Shown: positions 26,209-40,215 of the stretch, piece after piece
Layout of the letters: the number at the start of each line of letters is the position of its first letter
Numbering within the stretch: position 1 is the stretch's first letter
DNA from: Phoronis australis
Lineage: Eukaryota > Animalia > Phoronida
Assembly (NCBI GenBank): GCA_002633005.1
Contig: NMRA01000470.1
Location: 141,966-205,965 of the forward strand
Reading direction: 5' to 3'
Length of the DNA: 64,000 bases
Notes under the pieces: generated by a model
The model's database searches: none
Told to the model about the DNA's origin: nothing
Seen by the model: only the letters and a program-made list of their open reading frames with translations
Translations under genes and position numbers: made by a program

Positions 26209-26500
26209 AGGAGAATGCCATCCAGAAAACAACCTATTTAGTATCAATTTAGATCCAATAGTTCCACTCGATAACAGCAAGTACAGTTCTTTTACCTGAC
26301 ACCTGACGGCAGATGGAGGTGTTGAAATTAACCAATGACGTCACAGGTTCGAGCGCAGTCGGTTCAGTAGTTCACAACACGCTTACTGGTGTCAGCTTAT
26401 AGCTTGAATTCATCGTTTCACACCAATAAATGCTCAAAATTCGATACAAAACCCTTACAAATACATCGAGTTCTTGAACAGATGAGTTGTTTTATTTCGG
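26209..26500. mobile_element. Truncated second copy of the Kolobok family at 44668-46277
   Basis: TTAA+aggagaatgcca..; matches the reverse complement of about 45985-46277. Confidence 0.8.
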
Positions 26501-27553
26501 TGCGGATCCTGGGGCTTGCTTAATGAAAGTGACTTAATACAAAAGGCAGAAATTTGCTTTTACGCTTCCCATAACTATTTTTGAACAATAATTAAAAACT
26601 CAATAAGGAAAGGACAAAGTGCCTGAGAATGTACCCAAAACATACACATAAAATCTTTACAAATTATTTCCACGCAGTAATGATGATGATTACATGATTA
26701 AACCTTTATTAGGCAAGTTAGGGGGCCATGTTCTTGCTAGGACTGTAATGCGTGAGCCGTGTTGTTCAGGTAGCCTGGCGAAGCACAATCTTTGAACAAG
26801 AAGTTCAATTCGAATTAGCCGAAGCATTTCCTCGTTTGGACAAATGTGAACCCCTTGAAAAAAGAAGTTTCTTGGATTTTCTGCATTAAGATTCACACAG
26901 AATTTTCAGTTTATCTTCATTGTTGATAATCTTAATTACAAATTGTACGGTGAACTTGAATTCTCGAGCTTGAAATTGAGTTTTAATTCTTGACTCCGCC
27001 TTTTTGTTGCTCGATTTCGGAGGTCATAGGGCATGAATTTTAATCATTAAATAACCACCCGATACATACCACTGGAAAGCCATCCGAACAAAACGGCCCT
27101 CACACTCATCATCATAGCTCCGCACTCATGAGCGCGACTCATGGACCTCTAAACTCTGTTCACTAACTCACAAACAAGGCTAGCAACTTGTACTTTAGTC
27201 TTGTCAATTAGTCGGCTCATATTTGAATAACACCATAAAGGCTGTTATGTTAAGAGCCTCGTTTTTGTGAGTGCAGAGCCGTGTTTGTGAGTCAGTAGTA
27301 TGTATCGGTCTGAGTGAATAGACACATTAATCGTCTGCGTTTTCTTCGCTCCACACAGTCACAGATCCTGGATATAGGGAACTCTATGGCTGCATTTGAT
27401 TCACTATGACAGGTCGACCGGGTCAAGGTTAAGATCTCTGCTTGGTGCTTCCGACTGTTTTTTAAGCTTGACATTGTTTTCCAGAACCAATGAGACGCCT
27501 TAGCCGGTTGACTGGTGGAGTGAATCAAGTGTAGCCTTCATAACTAGCCTTAC

Positions 27554-27817
27554 GTGCAACTCTCAATGTCGTGTTGATGACGTATTCAGGACAGCAGCTT
27601 TGACAGCTTAAGACGGTCTCATGGTCTGCAGGTGTAGCCAAGAACGTCAATGAGTCCTTGAATTCGCCAGAAACAACCGATGCCTCCTTCAGAGAGTGGA
27701 GAAATTTCTTCTTGGTAACCTCTCCAAACCACTCACAGAAAATGTTGTATTTTGTGGACGAATTCGTCAGGTAAACGTCGCCAATGATTCCCGATTGGTC
27801 TTTCATCAATACACGAG
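27554..27817 (-). CDS. Ig exon 8 (264 nt), divergent: RVLMKDQS..NIFCEW..DSLTFLATPADHETVLSCQS..NTTLRVA
   Basis: ctaaaag|CTCGT acceptor; GCA C|GTAAGG donor; typical SLTFxAxxxDHxxxLSC C2-set motif but no GP start. Confidence 0.75.
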
Positions 27818-27944
27818 CTTTTAGATGAAAGATTAAATGCACTGGACTAAGACAACTGGTTGAATGTTTTAAAACGTTGGAAGTATGAATGGTTTGGGGG
27901 AAATGAGGGAGAAATTGTTCCCAACACAGCTCCGATGGTCTTAC

Positions 27945-28046
27945 AATTACAAATAGAGGAATTCAAAGATGCATGTTTGACTGACACAGATACACCGTCG
28001 AGACATCTAGAATACCCCGGGTCATTTGATAGTCTCAAATTTCCTC
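27945..28046 (-). CDS. Candidate small non-Ig linker exon (102 nt): GNLRLSNDPGYSRCLDGVSVSVKHASLNSSICN
   Basis: attcag|GAGG acceptor; AAT T|GTAAGA donor; phase 1-1 and stop-free; no homology support. Confidence 0.4.
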
Positions 28047-28469
28047 CTGAATGGGTTTCTTATAATTATGAGCATTTGCGAAATTCAGTCATACGAAAAT
28101 TATTCAGAATAAGAAATTTGCATAAATACTTCTTGGACACGAGGTCACGTGTGCGTTGATTCCTGCTGACTTACAACTGGTGCGGGTGGATCTGTCTAGT
28201 TCGACCCATACTAATCTTACCTATGTTTCGCATAGCCACCGGTCACGATTATGTATGATCTTATCGCCATGTCTGTGCATTTAGCAGAATACCTAGAAAA
28301 CTTTTTTTGTAAAATTATTCAGTTGACACCAAAACGCTTTTTTCTCTATCACAATCACAGTACGACAGGAATTCTGTAGTGTAGTGTACTTTAGTGTAGG
28401 CTACCAGTCTTCTGTGAACCTAGTGAGGTTTGTTCCTGAGTCTCTCGGTTATTGATTTCTGTGCAGGTG

Positions 28470-28640
28470 CAAGCGCTGGCAGCTGACCTTATGAATAGAG
28501 ATGCTGCCTATTTGTCCAAGAACTGCAAGTTATGCTCTCATCACTTCGAGGAGTCCATGTTCGTGAATGAAGAACAAGCTGGTATTGACTGCAGTGCCCG
28601 AACAATATTTGATGTCCCGAATCCACCAAAAATGAAGATG
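28470..28640 (+). mobile_element. THAP domain remnant (THAP12/PRKRIR-like hAT)
   Basis: ADLMNRD..LSKNCKLCSHHFEESMFVN..TIFDVPNPP. Confidence 0.7.
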
Positions 28641-31600
28641 TCTGGGTCAAAAAGTTCTCCGGAAATTATATTACAGCTCTGGGATAGGCTTTTTGCATTT
28701 CTGAGTATCGTCTCATAAAGCAAGTACAGTGGAGCATCACGTGTAGAAAGGACAATTAGTCAAAATCTGGTTTTCGTATTTTACTAAGGTTGATCAGATT
28801 GAAACATTTTATGAATGGTTAGCCTGTGAATTGGAGAGAGCCAAAGTGAAACTGATGGATCATTCAGAGTCTGAGTGGTGGGCTGAAATTTTGTTAAACC
28901 CAAGCTATCCGTATCATTTTGCTTCTCGATGACAAACACCTCTGTGAGTAATTTAGTTTTAGCTTTATTTATAACGCACTTCTTTGGCGAAAAGTGCTGT
29001 TGTTTACTAGTGAATTAATAGAGAGTGACAAAGTTGGTCAGATTTTGTTTTTGTTGTATTGGTTGGTGTATGTGTTTCCTATTTTGTACGTTTTTGGAAA
29101 TTGTGATTAATTTAAGCCCCAGTTGTGGATAGGTATCAGATATGATCTTGTGGTTTCGCTTTAACCTACCTGAAGTATTTACTGTTATTGATAATATGAA
29201 CAGTGGGTACATAAAATAAAATTTTGGTTTTATCATCCAAGTCTTTTTAATTCAATTTTGTATGAAGCTATGTGGGTAGGGAATATTTTGATTGCTGTTC
29301 AGTACCTCTTAATTTTTTGTCATGATATTTTGAACTTTGACTAGTTATGAGTGATGATATACTCAATGTTACTTCATTTTGTAAGTTGTGAGCTATTCTA
29401 CAGATTAGCAAGTGACTTGTAACTGTTGGTGAGTGGGAGAGTGGGATTGAGCCCTATACTGGCATGTCTAAGAAATAATGGAATGTTCTAAAATTGTATT
29501 ACGATTTTGTGGTAGTGATGAATTGCCTTGCTTTCTTATTCTCACTTGAGTAACACCCACTACACAAAACAATTGTCTGCATTGCTAGTAGCCTGGTGCA
29601 TTGAATAGGGAACACATGCGAAATTGTTGGGTGGAGATAAAACCAGCAGTGAGCCGGGAGCAACATGTTTGTCAATGGTCAGGGGAGCAACCAAAAGTTG
29701 TGACGATGGGAGGGGCTCAACACCCATGTGGCATACATACCCATTGGTTTTTACCTGTTTAGCACTCCTCCCGTGTAACCCCCCTGGGAGGGGGTCAACA
29801 CCCATTTGGCGCCCACCTGGTTTTTGCCTGGTACCCCCTTATCTGGCACCTGAAAGGAATTCCCCTCTTAACAATCATTAAAATTATGTAGTCCATGGAG
29901 GTATGAACTGTTATAAGGAACGATAATTGTTAAGAACTCAAACATGAAACAAAACCATGATGGATTTTGAAGGGAGCTTCAAGAGAACAAAAACAAAAAC
30001 ACTTTAATATTGATTAAAATACACATTTTCTTTCTCATTCTATTGTAAGTGGATGTTAGTTTATGTATTTAACCATTTTCAATCACACAGTAGTTTTATT
30101 GCACGTTGAATGTCATTAAAGTATGAATTTATCAGTGTTTACATTGTTCGGACTGCGCTCCTAACTAAGTGTTGATTATTCACCGCTTGGGGCGCTAGTG
30201 TTTCGACCGGTAACCATTGCGGCGAATGGAAAAATGGCGGAGTGAACTCTCCTGTACTAGTACACTCCTTGTTCACACTCTGCTTGTATGCCCTCTACCC
30301 GCTGTTACCGTTTACTTTACTACTTATTTCGCTTCCCCCCGTTCATTTCACCTATAACCTGATGACGAGACATACCGTCTCGAAATATAGCAGCTATATT
30401 AAATTATTTACTTGTTTGTACTTTATATCATATCTCTTGGTGTTCTGCTTCATAACTGCACGCCTGAAGACAGGAGATTGCATCGATCGAGCATATATTA
30501 AGCCGTCTAACAAAAATTACACTAGTGCCTTCCACCAAGTTTGTATCAATGAAGAGCTGCTACCGCACTGTACTGATTTCACATGTTGTGAATACCCCAG
30601 ATGCGTTGTTTACGCACACATTTAAGTGATGGCCTATTATGAAGGGACTTGCACCAAGAAAAGCGAATAAAAATGTATAATCATACAACATTGTCAACAA
30701 TTTTACGGGCCTTGGACATTTTTCATGTTTAGAAAATGAAGGGGTCATTTTAGTACTCGAAACGTTTACCAAGTTGTTTGTTTGGATTAATGGGTACGCG
30801 CCTGAAACGGCTGCTCTCACTGAATGTTCCCCGGGGAGTTTAGAACGATTATCATTAATNCAGGTAACAATTTCAAAGCACTCAGCAATCTAAAGCGCCG
30901 CAAAACTGACCTAATTATTATCATCATCATCTTCATAATTATTTTCATTGTGCCAACAGTGGCGGATCTCGGATATCACAAGGGGGGCCCAACATTTTGT
31001 CCGGCTGTAAGCCTTTGCGCAAACTGAACCACGATTGTAGATGCGCATAGCACCGAATGGGGGGAGGTCGGGAGGGGGTTTGCCCTGGCGGATAGAGCGC
31101 GCGTACGTTACCACTACACCACCGCGATTTAACTACTAATGTCCTCCTAAGAGACCTACTTGTTTATGGTCCACAGCGTTTGCGCGCGAAACCTACTTCT
31201 CTTTGTAATGCTTATTACACGTTTTATATTTTGTGCCATCAATTCTTAACAAATTTGTCATATTTAGAATAATCTTCAAATGCCCAAAAGACCAAATCCG
31301 TTTTTTCGTGTTGGCAATAATGACGGGATTGCTTTGGAAATCGTCTTTAGATAAGGTTTGACAAAGAGAGTATTGCGAGTTTCTGAGTGATTCACTAAGG
31401 CTTCGATTAAAATTTGCATCTTACCAGCAGCTTCTGTTTTTTCATCGTCACTCAGGTTCCATTCTCTTTAAAAAACGAAGTAAATTTTCTTCATTGCACA
31501 GTGGAGCAGTCGACGGAAACGGAGTCGTAGTGTGCAGAGCTACTGCCGGTCGCCTGGGATATCGCGGGAGAGCCTATACTTAGCCATAGTTCCGTTACGA

Positions 31601-31934
31601 ATGCGCNCAACTTTTCAAAAGGGAAAGCCACGTAAAATGAAAATAATAATGAGGGACCCGATTATTTTATGGATCGCTTAACAAATAATAGCGTTTCCAA
31701 CCTTGCTTACGCGCCTTCGTGCAGCGTTTCAAAAAAGTACCATACATTGATACGAACGGGGCGTTTTTTGTTGGTTAGGGCAGGTTTCAAAATGAGTCGG
31801 GGTATTCCAGGACCAATTAAGCTTTTATGGCCTGGTTATTACTATTAATATTGTCATTTGAGCTTTATTCGACTGGGTCCAAAGCTTTTAAGGGATGCCA
31901 CACTAAACATGATAATATACACAAGTCAACTTAC

Positions 31935-32264
31935 CTTCCACTACAATATTGACAGTTTGATGGGCATGCAAAGTGGCCGAGTCCTTATTAAGAGCACGAC
32001 AAGTGACTTCAATGGGTGACTCTCTGGCGTCCGCGACAATTGTGAGAGAAGATTTGAAAATATATTTCGGCTGATTCCTTGGAACTTCTTCGACAGTAGT
32101 CAGCCCTTCGGTCTTAATCTTGACATCACAATACCACATGAAGAATGCATACTGATAGACGTGGTCCGTTTGGCACGTTATTGTCAATGACTGCCTATCT
32201 TTGACATGTACTTCGTTGTCTCCTTTCCGTGCTGGTGTAAACATCTTCACCTTTTTCGGGCCGG
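31935..32264 (-). CDS. Ig exon 7 (330 nt): GPKKVKMF..ITCQTDHVYQYAFFMW..VTCRALN..NIVVE
   Basis: tctcag|CCGGCCCG acceptor; GAA G|GTAAGT donor. Confidence 0.9.
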
Positions 32265-32617
32265 CTGAGAAAAGCATTTAAAGGGAAAAAGACGGCTAAA
32301 AACATGAAGAATTTTGGAGTGTGTTGTGAAGGGTTGACTCCTTGAAGTTAATAATTTCGGGCATATGCATAAAAGTTACTCAGGCCAACAATTTGATGAG
32401 GGTGAATTTGCTGACTTTGACATAACTACCAGAATAACAAATCTATTTTGAAGACACTGTTATCAATGTGTTTAAGTCAGATGAACACAATATGAAACGT
32501 TTATTTCACACCCATTCAGACTCGAAATAACATATCTATGACCTGAAATTTTATGAGCTTGATCTGAAAACATAACGAAGTATCAGTTCTTTCCGCTCAG
32601 AGAAAGTCCATTCGTTC

Positions 32618-35600
32618 TAGTGCTCCAGAAATCCCAACTTAAAAAAAAATGCAACAGAAGTTTTTCTGCATAAATGGCATCTTTAAACATCCCTTGGTGC
32701 CAGAAAAAGTCTACCGAAATCGGAGTGGCGGAAGTCGGTTTTTCAAGATGGCGGAAAATGGCCGACAAAACCGGCGTTTTACTGTTTTTGGCATGTTTCT
32801 CCTATGTGACAGCTGCAAATAAAACAATAAAGCGACTTTGTCCTTGATTATATTATTTTAATAATGGACATACTAATCAAAACATGCCAATTTTTTGTAA
32901 AATAAAGCCAATATGGTCGAAAAAATGGCTGCCGAAACGGCAATTTGGTACATGTTGCGAATTTTTTTTATATTTTGCCCTGAAAATTGCAGAATTCCTA
33001 TTCTTTTGTAAATTAGACAATTAAAAATATCTGGACCTTACAGTTGGTCACTGGTTGGAGTGAAAAATTTCAAGATGGCTGACAAAATGACCACCAACTA
33101 ACAAAACCCCAAATTACCGCACGTGCATTCTGCAAACTTTGTTTGTAATCTGAAAAGCGTTTATACAGAAACAATTTAGAATCTACAGTCAGGCTTAATG
33201 AGTTGATTGTTTATAAAATTTGTTTATAAAAGATTTTGATACTAAATTTGGAATTTTAATCAGATTTTAGATTATTTAACATATAAGTTTATGTGTTTTA
33301 CGCAAACCCTGAATCACATTGGGCAGGGAGAGGTTTTGCTCTCTGCTATTGGAGATATTATAAGTTGTTCCCATGCAAAGATTCGTCTGCTCTACTGACA
33401 TGAGTGGAGAATGTAGCTGCTGATTTCACCTGAATTTGATGAAAAGTAAATAAATTTGTGTAACAAAAAGTTAATAATTAATGTTTAACATTTAGTACTC
33501 ACAATTGGTTTAATATGCATGCTTTTTATGAACGCCGGTAACTGATTTTTAGACGAAATTAGTGATAGCAAACCAAACAACAGTTATCTGCCAGTCGTGG
33601 TGGATTGCATACCGAGATGAGCTTGCTGGGTTCTATTGGATACGTATTGTCAAGCACCAGGCTTCAAGAAGTTCTTGTATCAATATGTTAAATGGAAAAA
33701 GTGTGGATACAGCAGTGAGGGGGCCTATGTTGGTAGACTCAGCACTAAATGCTATCATAACAGCCAGAGAATTCATCATCCCACTTCCAAATATTGACAG
33801 ATCAAGTGACACCGATCCAGAGCCAATGACTTCAGAATTTGAAAAAGACAAGTTCCGGTTCTTCAGAAATTCCAGGAGTCTCGAATGTCACCAACACAGA
33901 ACACAAAATTCCGTGCCAAGAGGTGGAACAATTCACTGTTTGAACACAAACTTTGGCTCGTCAGAATATATAGACACAGATCTTTCAAACATCCCAACTA
34001 ATCACATAACTAGGGATGTATACAATGTGACATGCCACGCACAGACAGTGTCTTCCGATTCTGAACCTTGGATTATAGTGGAATACTATCACAAGAGTTC
34101 ATTCCTGCCTTCCAACAAAGTGCCATTGGTGTACTCAAACATGACTGAATCAGAGCATACTAGGTCTTCAGAATTCGCAGTGACAGAAAATGGTTCGTCA
34201 GAAGAATCAATGAATCATTGATCAACTTTCAAATCATCATCAAATATATCAGATATATTTGATGATGATTTGAAAGCTGGTCTGAGGTTGTATGATCTTA
34301 CTGCTGGCATGACGTCTATGTGTGGCGATGTATGCTTGTCGGAGTGTCTTGTAGGATTCAAAAAAAAACGAAGCACATAAATCAGATTTGTCCTTGCATT
34401 GTCGAACCAGATTCTGTGCAGGTTCGACATCTGGCCCTGTAATTGAACAAACGCTCATGAAAACCATTAAATCAACAAGAGGTTTAACTAGAGGTCTAAG
34501 AATGGGAGATACGCAGCGTACACAGTGGCTGATTTCCTTGCCGGCATGCTCAAGTATAAATGATGCCACGCAGAGTGTGACAAACTTGAGTTGTGAAACA
34601 AGTGAACAGCATAAAGAATGTACCCAGGCAAAACAGTCACGGGATGACAAAGACATCTTAAGCGTCGTTGAATTCTTACACAACAGAAATCCATTTTAAA
34701 GAGAAACATTACAGAACATAGCCACTTATGTTACTGCAGGCACACGCGTCAATGCCGAGGGGAGGGAAAGGCCATTCTCGTGTTTCTGGAGGGATCGAGT
34801 GTGAAAGAATTCACATTCAGAAAGAAAAGCAAGGTTGTGGCAACGACAAGTCCACCAGTTCATGTTACCAGTAATTATTTTACACAAGAGGATCCACAAC
34901 TGCTATTTCAGCAATTACTGACAGCTGCAAAAGACAACAGTGAAAGTTTATAGAGCCTTTTGAAGTTTGAGCTGTGTGTTGGTTCCACCGCTCTTTTCGA
35001 TACATCTGGTCTTCCGAGAGTCGCTAATAAAACAGCAGTGGGTGATGTACTCTGGTCCAGTGGGGGACAACTACATGAGGATTACCAATTTCCTGAAAAC
35101 ACTATGATGCATGTATCCGACGGCGGCTTTCTCTTTCACCGTATTCTATGGCCTAGAGGTGCAACGTTATAGTCAGTTGGTAGAGCTTATGTGGATTACG
35201 TCAGCAAGTAAACCCAGCCTACTTTTGTTTTTGAGTCAAAGAAGGAAGTTCACATTTTTGGCAAAAAGCAAAAACAAACAAAGATTCATCCACTTCTTGT
35301 CGAATATGCCAAGACGCGATGGTTTAATGGTAGAAACAGCTGTGGAAAATGCAGCACAAGGTCCTACTACACTCATTGAAGACGATACAGACTTGTTGGT
35401 TCTTTTGTGTTACCATGTTACTTCACAACAATGCCCATTATTCATCATATCTGACAAGAGGCGTCAAAGCAAGAGGAGAGTTTGGGACATCAAGGAACTA
35501 CAATTGCCTCTGGCCATTTGCGCATGCAATACGTCGTTGCGGTACAACATCGTGGTTGTTCGGTATTGGCAAGGCTCTCCCATTTAAGAAACTTTGTGTT

Positions 35601-36965
35601 CGAGAAATCTTCGAAAACGTTAGACTATTCGTTAGACCCATGCAGCTGAACCAAGACATATTCGAAGCTGGTAAAAGAGTTGTGCTTTATGGCGGCACTG
35701 GAAATTTGGATAACTTGCGCTGCAGGCGATTTATGGAAAGGTGCCAACAACTGCTTCAGCAACTAAATTATATGCTACCAGGACAAGAGCAAGAGTGGTC
35801 AAGTTTCTGTGGGTGTGACCTAGTCCCGCTGGATTGGAGATGGATGCTGACAGGTGGAAAACTCATTCCCACGACGACGAACCAGCCAGTAGCACCAGAG
35901 AACCTGCTGAAAGTAGTAAGATGTCCGTGCAAGAACAATTGCAGTTTCAAGAGATGTACTCGCAAGGCGTTAGAATTCCCGTCTCGGTTGAATGTGGAGA
36001 ATGCAGTGATATAAGCTGCAGCAAGTCATTCTCAGTTGAAAGACATTGGTTGTATAAATACTGGTTGATTGTGTACAGATTTTGATCACAGACTGAGAAT
36101 TATTGCTTGGGGCAAACGTGACAAACGTGTAACATCACTAAAGAGAAGTCTAGCGTGAGCTGTAAATTGTTTTAACTTGCTAAAAATTCCTTGCTAAACA
36201 TTTCTCCTGTCTCAACTGTTGCTGTATTCACTAGAATTTACAACTAACTGGAGGTGACACAGGCGGCCAATTGGTGTGAACAGTAGGTCACTAAATTAAT
36301 CGCGGAGAATTATTTTCGATACAGCACATTTTTTCAGGAGAATGGCCCTTCAGTCCAGGCGAACATGACGTTTTTAGTATTTTCTGAACAATCTTGAAAA
36401 TGGTTGTCGAAACCAGACAAAAATAATTTTAATGGACATGTTGATCTATGAAACTCAGGATATGACATCTGTGAAGATGGTAGGTCTCTGGAATCTGAAG
36501 TTCTTAAATGAAGCAACTAATTGGAGGCCATTTTGTAAAATGGCGGAAGTAATCATAAGAGCAAAATGCAATGAGCCTCAATGGATTAATCGACCCTGAA
36601 AACTTATGATACAATGTTTAAATCAAGACAACACACTAATCAGATCGTGCAAAGTTGTGCAACTCGAAGTAGTTTCGGCGGCCATCTTGGAAAATGACGG
36701 ATGTTGTCACCACAGTCGTCCAAAACTATTTCTATTGGATTTGTTGACCTTTTTGAATTTTTACAATATCACAGTCCAATCTCGAGATATAATGGTCGTA
36801 TGCAAATCCGCCAGCCATTTTGTCCGTCATCTTGAAGAAACAACTTCCGCCACTCCGATTCCGGAATACTTTTTTCTCACACTAAGGGGTGTGAGAGGAT
36901 ACGATTCATGCAATAAAACCTTCTGTTTCAATTATCGTTTTGAGCGAAAGTACAAAAATGCCACT
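32618..36965 (+). mobile_element. Decayed Academ (AcademX) DNA transposon
   Basis: Transposase fragment IEQTLMKTIKSTRGLTRG..RNPF; XPG-like DDTDLLVLL and HAIRRCGTTSWLFGIGK; C-terminal Cys-rich RCPCKNNC..RC..CGEC; diverged long inverted ends (32640-32770 vs 36800-36940) with AAAATGGC repeats. Confidence 0.75.
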
Positions 36966-37159
36966 TGAAAATTTTATTTTCAGAGGTGAAAAAACAAAGC
37001 CAAAAGTCTTTTCGTCCTAGAAAGTTGCTGAAAACCAAGGAGTTCGCAGGCATGGCGCCACGTGAGAGTCTGGGTTATGTTGTTTGAGGCGCTTCATAGC
37101 AAAGCCTGCATTTATTTCAGTATGTCAAATGACACGAACACAAGCGTATAAGTACGTAC

Positions 37160-37480
37160 TTAGCGTTTTCAGTGTGGTTAATTTGTGAGCATTGAGTGTT
37201 GGGGTACGAGTATTTACGGCAGAGCATGCGGCACTGTCACCATCTATGGTGTCTTGTCCGTGTGTTGTCTCCATCGTGCTAACGTAAAAGCGCTCTTTAG
37301 CGTTCGAAGTCAATTCTCTTGATTCATGTGATAACAAAGACCACTTGATATTGGCCTTGGGCCACACTGCATCTGTGACACAGCTGATCGTGTAGTGAAC
37401 GTTGTTGAGCAAAAGTAATTTGCCGTCGCGACTTGTTCTATTGCCGGGAAATGCTCGTATCTCCAATGCAGTCGGACCAT
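37160..37480 (-). CDS. Ig exon 6 (321 nt): GPTALEIR..ISCVTDAVWPKANIKW..AACSAVN..TLKTL
   Basis: aaacag|ATGGTCCG acceptor; CTA A|GTACGT donor. Confidence 0.87.
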
Positions 37481-38315
37481 CTGTTTGAAGTAAGTAACAG
37501 ATCTTCATGCAACGTTGCAGTCGTTGTCTAGCAATTTCAAGAAACATAAATTTTCTGAGAACTGAACATATATTACACCCACCAAAGTATAGTGTTTATC
37601 TCTTGAAAAGTTGCATATAGGCTCGTAAACAAGAGTAACAAGTTTTAAAATGCGATTTGCCGAGCGATGGTTTAGTTAAATGCCTGTAAAAGACGCGCTG
37701 GACAGTGCTCGAAAAGTTCACTCAGTTTGGTTAAGCCACTCAAATGGCGATGCACAGTTTAAAGATGAGTTGTTATAGGATCGGTTTTAAAAATAAGTTG
37801 GAATTAGAGATAACGTAATTGACGCGGACTGGTTTTAGAAGGACTAGCTAGACCTATAATTTTCTGGAGCGTACTTTATGACAAAGGAAATTAAATCTTA
37901 TCGTGGTAAGAAAACTTTCGAGTTCAATTTTGGCGGAGTGAGTTGCCTAGTTTTGATCAAGTTGTTCTCTGACAGTTAAATGGAAGAAAGAGAACGATTA
38001 AAGTATAGGTCAACTAACACAAATGACCTGCTCTGCAGCTCCCCCAGGAACAACCGTTGATCATATTGAATACAGAAACTATTTATCTGTCAGGGGATTC
38101 TGCGATTTCTCATTCTTCCATTTTTGCTTAAATATTCAGACAGTCTATTTCGAATTGCTGTACCTGCAAGGTTTTTTTTTCGGAAACAGATTTGCATTAT
38201 ATGCGATCCTTTAATATCACAGTGCTTTACGTTCTCGTCTTGGAACCTATAACAATTTCCCGCTGATGAGCACCACCATGTTCAATTTAACGCTCTGGGG
38301 TTTTCTGTATGCCCT

Positions 38316-38460
38316 GGGTAGCGTTCAGTAACTCTCTCGCGACTATAAAAATCTGATCAAAATCACGTGGACTCGTTTAAAATACACGGCAATATCTCAC
38401 GTAATCTCGCGAAATCTTACTTTTTAGCGAGGTACTAGCGTAACGTTACTGAATTCTACC
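38316..38460. mobile_element. ~145-bp MITE; second copy at 62864-63001
   Basis: gggtagcgttcagtaac ... gttactgaattctaccc TIR; shared core tttaaaatacacgg.aatatctc.cgtaatctcg. Confidence 0.8.
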
Positions 38461-38481
38461 CCGGTTCATATGTTGACTTAC

Positions 38482-38784
38482 ATGTTATGTCGAGTTTGAA
38501 AGACTTTCTGAGTACTGGCGACTGCAAATGTGGGATCCGAGAGGCAGAACACGTAACATCCTCTTGGTTTATTGCCGGAGACGAGATAATTTGCGTTTCT
38601 TTCTGGTATTTCATCATCTGTTGAAGTGTATCGGATTCTTCACCAAGTGACCAGTGCATTTCTGCACCAGGGTTTACGTCATCAGTGCTACATATAAATA
38701 TTTCTATGGAATCTTTGTCGGAGACAAATGTTAGTCCAACCTCGTTGCCATTTATCGTTGTAATGCTTAAAACTGTCGGTCCAT
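38482..38784 (-). CDS. Ig exon 5 (303 nt): GPTVLSIT..FICSTDDVNPGAEMHW..VTCSAS..KLDIT
   Basis: cttcag|ATGGACCG acceptor; ACA T|GTAAGT donor. Confidence 0.9.
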
Positions 38785-39214
38785 CTGAAGTAGGTAAGTC
38801 ACAGCAAGCCACGTAAACGAGTATGAAAATTGCTATTAACTCAAGACTTGACTGAGGAATTGCACATCACGTAAAATTCTGCGTTTTTGTCACCTTTTCT
38901 GAGCCTCGCTTCCTTTTTGGTAGAAAAAAAGGGCCAAAACATGAGACAGAATAATTGTCGTGACTTTTGAGGTGAAATGACTCACAACTGTTCAATTTGT
39001 ACATACAATTTTCGACAGAGTGGAAGGTAGGTAGTAAGTCAAGCGACATGCGCACTGCTAGTTTGAACTCAATGGGAACTGCACAGTGCCTTTTAATCAG
39101 TGCATAGAGAAGCAACACATGATGATACCGAAGAACATGTGATATGACGTCCACGGTGATTTACTGATTCAACGATAACCGACATTTTGGTGCTTTATAC
39201 ACAAAAGACAAAGA

Positions 39215-39324
39215 NNNNNNNNNNNNNNNNNNNNNNNNNNNNNNNNNNNNNNNNNNNNNNNNNNNNNNNNNNNNNNNNNNNNNNNNNNNNNNNNNNNNNN
39301 NNNNNNNNNNNNNNNNNNNNNCTC

Positions 39325-39372
<48 letters not shown>

Positions 39373-39495
39373 TCTTCCTCTACCCCTCTCTCCTTTCCTC
39401 CCTTCCTTCTCCCTCGCTTCCTCCCTCCCTCTTCTTTCTCCCTCCCTTCTTGGCCCCGACCCTACCTCACCCCTCTCTATTCATACCTCTCTCTT
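39215..39495. repeat. Assembly gap (N run) followed by (CT)n and a pyrimidine-rich tract
   Basis: Seen directly. Confidence 0.95.
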
Positions 39496-39545
39496 CCTCA
39501 AACCGCGGCCAATGATAATGAAGACAATAAAGCACATTAACTTAC

Positions 39546-39878
39546 AGTGAACTCTAACTGTATAGATCTTGAATTCTACAGCCTGGATCTTTGTGTTAGA
39601 AGCATAACATTTCAACGAGATTTTGTCTAATTCTTTGTTGGCTCGTATTGTGATGTTCCCACGGTACGCTAACCCGCCATACAAACTATTTGAAAATGAC
39701 ACCTCGGACTTGGTTCCTTTAAGAGACTGCCATCTCATGCTGATCTCTGGGTACGAACTGTCCGTCGAGCATTCTAGTGTGTAAACGGACCCGAGCATCA
39801 CGTGGAACCTTTTGCTGTTGTGATCTAAAAGCCCTGGGACTTCACTCAGGTCTAGCACTGTCAGCTCAGTAGGGCCAA
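39546..39878 (-). CDS. Ig exon 4 (333 nt): GPTELTVL..LECSTDSSYPEISMRW..LKCYASN..TVRVH
   Basis: ttgtag|TTGGCCCT acceptor; CAC T|GTAAGT donor. Confidence 0.9.
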
Positions 39879-40215
39879 CTACAAGTTACATTGTCAAAGT
39901 CAAGCACGTGAGTCAGAAAGTTTATTCCCGAGTTAATCGAATCTGGAAACCAATACCAAAAGAGAAATAAATAAAAAACTTACCGCGTTATTTAGTCAAA
40001 ATTTCATTGCAAATCCAATTGAAAACACTCACAATTCACTAAAAGCAGCACGCTGTTTTGGAATCATGGAGTGTCGATACGAACCCGTTGATTGGCGCTT
40101 CAAGTAAGAGTTTGCTTGTTCATTTCACGCGTGCCGTGGATTGTTGGTTTCGCGACAGCACTCCAACAGTACCGGAATATCTTATCGAAATTTGATATTA
40201 TCAACTATTACTCAC

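Noticed and set aside
33562-34221. 219-aa plus-strand ORF as an independent gene
   Set aside because: Lies inside the Academ remnant and has no recognisable domain
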